NCBI GenBank assembly: GCA_965202585.1
Contig: OZ241831.1
Location: forward strand, 4,836,001 to 4,900,000
Reading direction: 5' to 3'
Origin: Thalia democratica
Taxonomy: Eukaryota
DNA length: 64,000 nucleotides
Shown: positions 52,933 to 64,000 of the stretch, one piece after another
Numbering within the stretch: position 1 is the stretch's first letter
Layout of the letters: the number at the start of each line of letters is the position of its first letter
The notes under the pieces: generated by a model
Database searches by the model: none
What the model was told of the DNA's origin: nothing
Seen by the model: the letters and a program-made list of their open reading frames with translations, nothing else
Translations under genes and position numbers: made by a program

Positions 52933-54406
52933 ATATTAACACAATTTTTAAATGTTATATTGAATAATAAGACTGTTTGCATTGCTCTAACGTTTATTAT
53001 TTATAATCGAACGAAAAATAAACCAGAAGTTTTCTAACAAAAAAAGTAGCTTTTTTCTTAATAATATAGCATAACATAATCAAAATAATCAATAATAAAG
53101 TCGCAACTGTTAGTAATTACATTATTTTGCAGACTCTGAAAACCTTAAAAAAATAAAAGTAACAACTTAATTTTCAAAGAAATAATAAAAACTTCAAAAA
53201 AGTAATTAATACCAATATACAACCTTAGAACGTGCTAAATTACCAAAAAAAAAACGAAACAAATGAAACTTTATTTTGAACACATATGTACAATTAATAC
53301 CTAATGAACGAAATAGACCTACACATGATAGATCACAACTTGTCTAATGCAGAATTATTAGATAACTTCGCGTTTTATGTACATACGATCTACCAAATTC
53401 ATTTACTCCCATTCAGCTAATTAAAATTACAATAACGAATTACAACTAAGCAACACTATATTTCATACACAACTTCATTAATGTTCTACTTTTTTTAATT
53501 ACATGCGCAAAACCTACAAAATAAACTAACGACATTAGTCTAGCAATTAGTTGCGAAAACAAAAATGAGAACAATTGAATGAAAAAATTTTGTGGAAAAT
53601 TTCCACTCGAGCTTACAATCACCAACTCATAATTACAACTAAAACGTCATGCTCTCATTCCAAAGCTGTTCAACTTTGGACCTTAAAATTACCCCTAAAA
53701 GTTTTTATTTGAAAAGTTTTAACACAAGCCAATTGAAATCCTAGTAGGCAGTGATAATTGACTAGCAACTTTTCATTTAGTGATTAACTTTTAGCTGTAA
53801 AACTTTTTTTTTTAGGTAAACACGAATTTACGTATTTCGCGCACTTTTTTTTTTTTGCTGATGCAGCATTTTTTTCTAAATGTCGCAAAAAAATATTCAA
53901 CTTTTTTTGTATTGGATCATCAATACTTCTAGGGGTACGTAAAATAAACACATCGATGAAAAACAAATAAAAAAGTCCTAATGAAAAATTATAGCACAAT
54001 TAAATCTATTTCATGTATATCAAAATAGTCACCGAAATTAATATTTCCTATTACAATTCTACTGGTTGCAACGTAATTCAACTAGCAAGTCGCAACTTTT
54101 CACTACGAAGCAATCAAGTTTCTATGACACGAGAAAAAAGCAAAATTCTTGCCCACAAAAATATTAGCTAACAAAAATAAACAAGTGAGAGAGATTCGTC
54201 TATCAAGAGAGTAATCGTGAAAAAAAAACAACCAAAAAAACGAAAGTGTCTAGGCGTCAAAACTCTAAAAGGAAAAAAAAAAGCAGTCGGAGACTTGTTA
54301 GAGAGGGTCGTAAATTAATGGTTAAAAGGTTGAACGCGAGGAAAACCACAGGCAAGAGGGATAAATGATGCGTGTTCGAACACTTTGCGGCGCTGTTGAG
54401 AAGTAC

Positions 54407-56542
54407 TCAGAACAAATCGAGGTCTTCCACGTCGCTCATGTTGTACTGCGTCAGCTCCCTCTCTGACGTCGCCTTCTTCTTGTGGTGGGATTTCTGCATC
54501 TGCTGCAGGCAGTAGTCGAAATCTTCTTCCGGGTTGTCGGGGCGGGGGGTGGCGTCGTGAAGGTGCTCCTCGTCTGTGCGGGGAATAACCAACTTTGAAA
54601 AACTAATTTGCTCCTTGGCAGGGTGGCTTCGTAATTATGCGAATATTCGCATAAAGCAGCAAACCGTTTGCATATTTGCTGAGTCAGCAAAAAAAATTTA
54701 AAATATAAAGTTTTAATGGTTAAAATTAAAAGAACATTATAAAAAGCTTTTTTGCTGACTCAGCAAATATTATTTGCTACTTTTATGCGAATGATTTCCA
54801 CAATTCTCAAGCCACCCATCTTGTTGTATGTTTAGGTAGCAAAACATAATTATGACTTTTCATAAATAACTAGTCTCGTTAATGAACAAATAACTTTAAT
54901 ATTTATTTAGTTACTTTAAATACCAAAACTTAACACTGCAGATTCAGTTAGAAATAATATTAATTATTTAAAATAAAAATAGTTTAGATTAGTGTTTTCC
55001 AAGGTGTTGAAAATGTGTGTAAAAAGATAGTGTTGAGAAATTTTAATTCAAAGTACCTTTAAATTAAACGCTTAATGAACAGCCACAAGTAATCTCACCA
55101 AGGTTCAAAGACCACTATGCAATTTCAACAAGCTTGCTAAAATTTCACAAACAAAAGCTTAAAATTTTTATCCTAAAAAATCATCCTTAAATAACACACA
55201 ATCTCCCCAAAAACGCACTTCAAAAACTTAACTAACTCGAAGTCTTTATATGCTCTCGTAAGTTTACCAAAACTAAAAAATGTAATTTTTACATCATTGT
55301 CTATCTCTTATCTTACCAAATATACTTTTATAAGCCTACCAAACATACAAATAGCCAAAAAACTTTAATACCTTATTTTTCAACCTTACCAACACACACT
55401 AAAATAAAATTCTAACCGAGGTCTTCGTATCGCCTCTTGCAGAAGTCCCTCCTCCCGCCGAAGTTGAGGCTCAGCACGGGGATTTCCCCCTCGTTGCCTT
55501 CGTCCAGCGCCCTGTTGGCTTCCGCCTTCTTCTCGAAGTAGACGAACGAAAAGTTCTTGTTGTCGGGCTGCCTGTATATGTTGGGAGTACAGGCATTTTA
55601 GTGTAAATTTAAATTATCATATTATAACTAAATACAATGTAAAAATTCATTTAGTGCTGACACGTTGACTATTTTGAAATATTATTTTACAAAAGTTATT
55701 GTGGATTCGGCTGATGGATTTGGAAGTACAAGTTTTAGTGTAAAATTTAAATGATAATTTGTGTTTTTTTTAATTTTATTTTTGTGATTTAGGGTTTTAG
55801 GATTCGAAGTAGCGTGCCAACCACTGGTTCAAGTAAAAGTGAAAAGTATAAGTTATAACTTGTTTGGTGTTAAAAGCTTTCAAAAAATTTTTGGACAAGT
55901 GCATTTAATAAGAGCAAAATACTTGCGGAATCATTGCGTACCTTTAAAGGTGTGCATACAAAAACTGAAGAGCTTTGAAATTTCAGATGAGCAAAAGACT
56001 ATGGTATTTTTTTAAAATTTGATGTCTATTCAGTTTATTCGAAGAAAGATCAATACTAATTTCAATTTAACAATAACTCACGAAGGCCTGTTGAACACTT
56101 TGATGTGTTCCACCTTGCCGAACTTGGAGAACCTTTTCATCAAGTAGTCGTAATTGTTGTATTCGTAATACATGGGAGTGAACCCTGACACGTGCAATAT
56201 GCGACGTTCTATCTGCGCTGAGTCCTGCGAATAATAATAATTATTATTTTCCATACCAAAATTTAAACAATAATGTTTCTTTTTCCATAACATTGATATT
56301 GTGCTTTGAAGAAGCTGCAGGGGCTCACTACTTTGTGTTTTTGCTTAGTGTATGCTGAATCATTAATAATAGGAAACTTGACTTAATAAAAAAGCATAGG
56401 TTGATGTTAATTGTTTTGATACTTAACATCAAAAAGCAACGTAGTCAGTGTGCTGAAATTTTTAATAGCTGGTGTTGATATTTACTTTATAACAAAAAAA
56501 AATTTTCAGCCATGACAAGAGAATCAATCATAATAAACACTG

Positions 56543-56579
<37 letters not shown>

Positions 56580-59500
56580 GAAAATACTGTGTTTTGAAGA
56601 TCTAAAAAGGCGCAAACTAGTTTAGTAGTTATTAATCAAGATTTAAACAAACAAGCATATATCCAGACTTTATTCAACTGCTAGTGAAACATTTTATTAG
56701 ATATCACTAAGTATTTTAATCAAACTTGACAGAAAAGTGGTTTTCTCAAGCACTTGTAACGCCTTATGGGAGTAGAACATAAATACCTCAAATACTAACA
56801 TTTTTATACTGCTGCCAAATATTAATATTCAAACAAGAATAAAATTTTATAAGCAAGCAAAAAAATTCAAGTACATTTATTCACTTTTTTGTTGGCACTG
56901 TTTGATAGTTGTTATACGTAGTATAGTTTATTTAAATATATAGGCAACACTAAAACAACAAGTTGTTGATTGCTAATCCGTAACCTACAAACGTTACAAA
57001 AACTTGTTGCAATAAGTTGAGTGTTATAATCCACACAAACACACACAGGTACTTAATTATAGCTGAAGTATAACTAATTATAATCTATAAAGTAATTATA
57101 AGGAAGAATTAACTTGTATTGAAAAAATTATAAAGAAGTTTATGAAAGAAAGAAGCTTTGCAGCTTATCTAATTAAGAAATAAGCTTTGAGAGCTTTTAC
57201 AACTAAGAAAAATTAAAATAAAGATTAATTAGCTAAATACATATACTTTACTGCTCATACCAATTATTAACAATAAAAAACAACAATAATACGTTGTTTG
57301 GGATAATTAACAACATTTGCAAATTATTTTCAATTACCTAATATGACCAAGTAAGAAATCTGTTAAAGCTATCATAATACTGAAAAAACCAAAATATATT
57401 ACATAAGTAAGAATAATTTTACATAACACCCCAACACTCAACAGTTTACTAAATAACCGTACACGCAAACTCATAGCCAACTAACATCATACAGTCATAC
57501 AAAATAGTTAAAAGGCTTTTCAGCACAAAAACTCTACAAAGTCCAACGCCAACGCTCTGCTCTCTTTTTCTCTCTCGCACGAAAACCGCCTTTTTATCTC
57601 ACAGCACCAGCGTTAAGCGAAAAGCCACTCTGTTCAAATGGTCACAAGTGTGATGGTGTGTGTGAATATCTTACATTTATTGTATTTTACATTTATTTAT
57701 TAAATATTATTTTTACTCATTAGAACTCACCTCCATTTCCTTGGGCAGGTCGAAGTTGACGTGACGGCGGCCTTCGCTGGTCGAGTGACCCGATAGCTTT
57801 CTGCCACCGCTGTTGAAATTTGTATATTTTTTTAATTTTTTGTAGAAAAATTAATAAAACAGGAACGAATTGGAAACCGCGCATCGCACAGCCACCCAGT
57901 AAGCACACAAGTTCGGATAATTGAAGAGAATTATTGAGAGCGCGGGTAAAAATGTACTCTTTAAGTTTAAAACGCGCAAGTCAGCAGTTGGGAAACTTTG
58001 CTCTCATTGTGGCGTTGCGTAACAAAAATAACAAACGTTTGAAAGCGATTGAGAAAAAATGAATTCAGCGTTTAATTGCTTTATGGTAGAAAAGTTGAGC
58101 AGTTAGCAGCGTGCGTGGTGAAGCGGAACGGTAGAAAGCTTCGGGCGAGTGCTTAATAAAAAAAAACTTTAAATATAACTTTATTATTGTTTATTGGTTT
58201 TTTTAAAGAAGGATGAGAATGTATATTTTACCAGGTATAAATAATGGTCTGTTATTGATTAAACAGGAAGTTATGTAAACTTTTTTTACGTAACCATGAA
58301 AATTAGGACTGTTAAAATTTACATTTCAGCTTCTTTACTATTTTAAAAATAAAAAAAGGTTTGTGTTTAAATTCAAACGGAACATATGTGTGTTATGAAA
58401 CTGCTCTAAATTATTAAACACAAAAAACATATCTGTGCAAAACGTCTAGCTTAAAATTAAGTGCATAAAATCTTGCCGTTATGAATCAATAATTACTACC
58501 GTAAACAAAGGAGCTTTCCAAGGAGAAAAACAAAAAGCTGTAAATAAAGTTTACTACAAAACAATATTCTACAAATAATTTACTACTAATTAGTAACGAG
58601 AACGTTTAAAACAACGTTACTAGAATAAATAAAACTTATACTTCTTATACATTATCATTTACCTAGTATTACATGTTAAAAAACAAATGATATATATATA
58701 TATATATATAAATTAAGTTATCTTTAAAAGATACAGTAGTTAAGAAAGTTAAAAAAGGCTCTTAAAATCTAAAAGCTGTTAAAGTACTAATAAAAGTTTT
58801 TGTTAAGCCACTTAGTTTTAATTATACGAGCATTTTAAAAATATTATTTTATATCAAGTGTTTCAAAACTAATAAAAACACTAAACTATGACAGACTGGT
58901 TGGTTTATATTTAATGCTTGTCATTAGTTAGCCCACGGGCCATATCGCCACATTACACAAAATCGCCCACCTTGTTTTTTAACCGCTTAAAAATTACCAT
59001 TCTTTATTAGCAAATATTTCAAACAGTTCAAAACCGTGATGTATCAACTTGAAAACTAAATTGCTACAAAACTTTACTATTTATGAAATATGATAGAATG
59101 ACCTCGAAACTTTAGCTTGAAAATATCGATTTAAGGGTAATCTTGAGACCGTATTAAACATGTTATAACTTTTAAGTGTAAACTATGACCTAGTTTTTAC
59201 TAATTTGTTTTTACTTTAAGAACATAATTGATTAATCATTTCTGGAAAAACATTTAGTTACGTAAAAATTTACATTTTTTGAGGTTGATAGCGTAAAACC
59301 AATTTTTAAAGGTTTAAACTACTTATGATACTTAATTTATATAAGTTTAATACTAATTTATGCTAGTTATACACAATGCCATTCCAAAACTTTCCGCACA
59401 TAAATTTATAATTATTTTATCTAACAGCTTGAGTTCTGATTGAAGTCATACTTTAAGAATTGACTTAACTTTAAAAACTTGATTAAGTAGCACAGTAAAG

Positions 59501-62500
59501 TTTTTGTCGGATTTCTTTTTTTTGCACAATACAGCAACGTTTGGGGAAAACAAAAAACACTTAACAAACATTGATATATACCTGTTACACATAAAAAAAA
59601 ACTCTTTTTTCAAATTACCTGCGGTGGAAGTTAAGTGAGCTTCTGGACCTGGAGCCTCTGGAGCGGTAAGAAGATGTTTCGTACGAAGAATATCCACTCC
59701 TGCGTTTTGGAACAAGTACAAATATATATGATGAGGTTTCACGACTTTATATCATAACGGGGCTCGCGAGCTACTTTGACTACTTTGGCAGCTTTAACAC
59801 TTTGGAAGCGGTTTGTCGGCTTGTGCCTCCGAATTTTTATGATTTCTCGTCATTGGCAAAACCGCGTTTAAAATCGCAAAGTGGCTGGACATCGACGTTT
59901 TGCAGCAAAAAATAAAACATTAAATGTTAACTTGAAATACTTAGATATCAAAAAAACTTATCAAGGATTGGTGCAAAGACTCAAATGTGATAAAATTTCA
60001 TTTAACTCTTAAATGTTTGTAATTGTGAAACAAAAACTAAATTAAACTTTAAATTTTACTTTAGGTCAAAAAGATAACACATGATTCAAAAGAAAATTTA
60101 AGACCTAAAGTTTCTAAAAAAGAATATTAGTTTTTTAAACACTTTTTAAACAAGCGTGTGATTTCAAGCCGCCACAAAACGTCGATTGGGATTTCAAATT
60201 TGAATCGCTGAACTGCTGAACTAAACTTTTTCAGGTGAAACCGAACGTTTATGAACAGAGCAAGTAGGTAGCTGGAGCAAGGTGTGTGACCAGTTACGGT
60301 CGGTTTTCAAAAAGCAAAACGTTTCACACTTGCTTCTGAGCAACCGACCTTGTTGTAAAAGATCACAGAGTAAAGCGAGATATAAGCGAAATTGAGAACA
60401 GAAATGAGCAGCACATTGCATCGAGCAGCCTTCTGGTATCTCTCGCGTTTAATTATCACAGTGTTAAGTCTCAGTTGTTTGCGTTTTATTAAAAACGCGT
60501 GGGCAGAGACCAGCGCCTCAAGCGCGTGAAACCTTTTAATTTCACGACCCTCTAACAAGTCTCTCTACTGCTTAATCACCTGTGTGTTCGTGTGTGGTAA
60601 GCAGGGAAGAGCAAAGTGTGAAAAATCGGAAACAATATCAGGTAATATGACTTACAGTAAAATTTTAAAACAAGTCAAGTGTGACTGAAAACATTATTTT
60701 GTTTAGAAATAACAATCAAGTTAATTTGTTGTACTTTTTAGATGTGAAAAAAATAATCTAATTTTTTTCTAACCTGGTTGGGGCAGGTGAGTTCCTCTCT
60801 TCCTTGTAGGGAGAGTAGGATGGACTGGCGCGCCTGATGGGAGACCTGAATGTTTATAAATCTATGCACACTCATTTTAATATTTTGATAGAACGTAACA
60901 AAATCTATGCACACTTTTATTGTTATATCTCAGTATTTCAAAATTACAAACGTGAAATACTATTGAATCAAGGCATTGAAGATCAAGGAACCTATACCTT
61001 ATGAAAAGATGAGTTTAATAGCAGTTAGTTCAACCTTTGAAGCTTGTTATTTAAAGGGAGTTTACAAAAAAGTTATCTTAAAGTTCAAGCTTCAATTAAA
61101 ATAAATAAAATTTAACAAAAAACTGCTTCGTGGGGTCAAAATTATATATATATATATATAATAAAAACCTGGAGCGGCTGGAGGACTCGTCGCTTGAGGG
61201 CGTCCTCCTACTCCGGATGTTGCTGCGCCCCCTGGCGGCCTTGTTTCTCCTCACCCTCGCGTCCTCGTCTTCCGAGGAGGATTTCGCATCCGGGTGCGCG
61301 TCCTCTTTCTCCTGTTTGATCACCATCAGTTTGTCGTTCAACTCCTCCTGATCAAAGTGGGGCTTGCCGGCGCTGTTTGTTTTATTTTATATTAATAATT
61401 TATTTTGATATTTATTTGCATAATTGATATTTTATTTATTAAATTCAGAATCATGATAATTTCGCGCTGTGGAATAATAAAATTGATTAAAAAATATATT
61501 TTATAATGTTTAATTTTTATTATAACGCTGTGGAATAATAAAATTTAAATATATATAGCTTTTTTTACCTACTTTTTATTACGTATACTTTTTGTTATGA
61601 AAGTTGTGGAATAATAAAGTTGATTAAAAACGACCTGATTTTTTATATTAAAATTTTTTTATAACTCGTTGCATAAGTCTTTTTTATGAATTTATTTACT
61701 TAATTGTTTACCGCCGGCGCTGTAAAAAATCAGTTTGGTATAATTTGTTTATTATTAAATTGGAATCATGATAATTTCTTCCTTCTTTTTTATAATCCTC
61801 AGTTAAGACCTTAATTTTTCTAATAATTTTTATCAACTCAGTCATTTGAAGTCGTGTTTGTAAAAGTTAACAACAGTTTGATGTTTTACTGTGCAATACA
61901 AAAAATATTTAATAGTTTTTTTATCCAATTCGGGCTTCTAAATTATGAAACAAATAAAATTAATGACTTTATGTGTTTTTTATAAAAATCAAGCTTTACT
62001 ACAGCAGTTTGGCAAAAACATTAACACTTAAAAAAAATAATTTTAAAAGAACATTAAAACTTTGATATTTACATAGTTTATTTTTACGTAAAAATACTTA
62101 TCTAGTAGAAACGGAAACAAATATTAATTTTTTTTGTTTATTAAAGTTTAACATTTTATAAAAACAATATTTATGTGACGCGCGAAAACTCTTGTTAAAC
62201 ATTTATGTAAAACATTTTAAACGGAGTATTTTGACAAGTATAAAAAAAAAGCGATATAATATAAAACAATATTACAAATATTAATTTTTAAAATATCACG
62301 GGTTTAAAGCATCGATTGCTAGCAGACTGAAATTTCGAAACTGTAACGAAATTAATTAAATTCTCGGAACTAGTTAATATTTAACTTTACTATGCACAAA
62401 AACGTTTATGCTCATTATTTATTAGATTTTCATTAAACTTAATAAGAACCGACAACAAAACTTTATTTATCTCTCAAATCGTATCTTCTAAAATTAAATA

Positions 62501-64000
62501 AGTAAGTAGTATGGAACAAAACAATCTCTAATTTGCTTTTTAAAGTTTAAAAGGTAACAAATTAAGTTTATTAGTCTACTTGTTTGAAAATTTTACAAGC
62601 GTTTAGCTGTATCATAACAAAATATAATTTCTAATAACTTCCTTTGTTGTAATTTATTAGTAATTAAGGGTATGTTTTTGAGAGAAAAACAAAAACAACT
62701 TATAAATTATCGATGTAACAGTGTTATTAAAAAATATTTAAAATACAAGTAAAATATTTCAGTAGCTGAAGTAACACGCGGTACTTTGCAGTTTGGTAAT
62801 AAAATAAATAATTTACAGCATGTTTCGCAGGTAATACAAGTTTCTTTTGCAAACTGTTGAATTATTCTGAGGTTACAAGCATCACGAGGAATTAAAGTTG
62901 CAACAAGTGCTTAAGGCATAGTGGTGTAAATTATTTTTATTTTTAAACTGTATTAGTGACTTAAATATTTGTTCAAATGAAGCTCCTTTTTTTCAGCATT
63001 TAAAATATTTAGTCTTAATTTTCTTATTTATTAATAAAGCTAATTATTGGTGACAATAAAAAATTCACTTACGTTACTGCAGAACTGTTTCCGGGCATAG
63101 AAAAGTACAAATTGGCTGCGTCTGTGAATAATTTTTTTTTGTAATGAGCTACTTTAAAATTTACATATGAAGTGTGTACAATAAATTCATATACAAATTC
63201 AACTTTTTCTAAATAATTAAACTTAACAACAAATAACAACTCACACATAAATATATAAAATTGTAAATACCAAACCTTTTTTCTATCAATCTACTAAAAC
63301 AGAAAAATTATTTTTTGCTGGTTTATTTTTATAGTGAGTTTGTTAATATTTTTTTTTACTTTATACTTAGTTTGCATTTAAAGCTAAATAAAATTACAAT
63401 CTAAAACTTATTTCTGCAAAAAACTTTATATAAATAAATATACAAATACCAAACCTTTTTCAGCCGGGGTGTGAACTTCCGTGCGCGAACCGATGAGCGT
63501 GTCCTCGTCGAGCAGCTTCGAGATCTCGTCGTCGCAGAACGGGTTGATCATGTTGAGCGGGTCGTGCTCGCCCAGCATCATCGGCTCCATGAAGTCCTTC
63601 AGGTCGGCCGGGCAGAACGACGGGTCGTGCGGCTCCTCCTTCACCTCCTCCGACGCCTCTCGGGTCACCTCGGGCACGTTGAGGTTGGGCTGGAAGCCGC
63701 TCGGCTCCTCCCGCGGCTCCTCCTTGATGAAGTTGGCCGGCACCAGGATCTTGGCGTTGTGGTTGAGCACGCCCCCCTGCGCCGACAGCTTCACGATTTT
63801 TATCTGCTTCTTCTGCGGGTTGATCTGCCGCTGCCGGTCGAACACGGAAGGCTGCTTCACGATGCTCGACGTTTTTATCTTGTTGGAAGTTTTTATGGAC
63901 AGGTTGAGGTCCTTCAGGGGCACCAGGTTGGCCAGGCTCTTGACCGACATTATCTTCAGGTTGTTGGTGTTTATTATGGTCTTGTTCCTCGCGCCCGCCT
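54407..64000 (-). CDS. RS-rich, single-RRM nuclear RNA-binding protein, family unassigned (5' end outside window)
   Basis: Exons (minus strand): >64000-63455, 63121-63073, 61372-61169, 60845-60774, 59699-59619, 57809-57731, 56224-56082, 55571-55417, 54573-54407. All GT-AG and phase-consistent. The RRM has RNP2-like ILHVSGF and RNP1-like KNFSFVYF. The upstream region is low-complexity, with IKEE/VKEE/IKQE and RS dipeptides. Confidence 0.8.
54621..54817. mobile_element. MITE-like inverted repeat carrying two palindromic MARE/AP-1 sites
   Basis: Perfect 23-bp inner arms ATATTTGCTGAGTCAGCAAAAAA (54672-54694 and 54748-54770), with imperfect outer arms GGGTGGCTT...AAGCCACCC. Confidence 0.7.
56547..56573. 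repeat. (AT)n microsatellite
   Basis: Uninterrupted AT dinucleotide run. Similar runs occur at ~58690-58710 and ~61143-61161. Confidence 0.9.

Noticed and set aside
45700-54000. Numerous 60-100 aa AT-rich ORFs in the ORF track, here and in introns
   Set aside because: F/L/K/I/N-rich composition expected from random AT-rich DNA, with no motifs.

Overview
Very AT-rich, intron-dense eukaryotic DNA from an invertebrate-like metazoan. The species cannot be determined from the sequence. I built spliced gene models by hand, and phase is consistent at every junction. (1) A 25-exon NWD1-like DUF4062-NACHT-WD40 gene, minus strand, 25355-12332, ~1632 aa, with one GC-AG intron. (2) A divergently oriented 21-exon myosin IC gene, plus strand, 30188-46222, ~1027 aa. 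(3) A minus-strand RS/RRM gene from beyond 64000 to 54407, 5' end outside the window. (4) A frameshifted, divergent histone H3 variant at 4250-3821. (5) A tandem pair of unrecognised basic Tyr/Asp/Cys/His-rich protein genes at 6339-7211 and 9427-11387 that share a new motif. One carries a His-Gly-Lys repeat. Also present: a Penelope-like GIY-YIG fragment, a hAT MITE with a target-site duplication, several foldback or MITE-like inverted repeats (one perfect 99-bp hairpin, one carrying twin MARE/AP-1 sites) and minisatellites. The most unusual signals are the novel gene pair next to the odd H3, and repeated local duplications of exon-intron junctions. These create decoy splice sites and a candidate recursive site or 3-nt microexon, against a background of unusually degenerate 5' splice sites.
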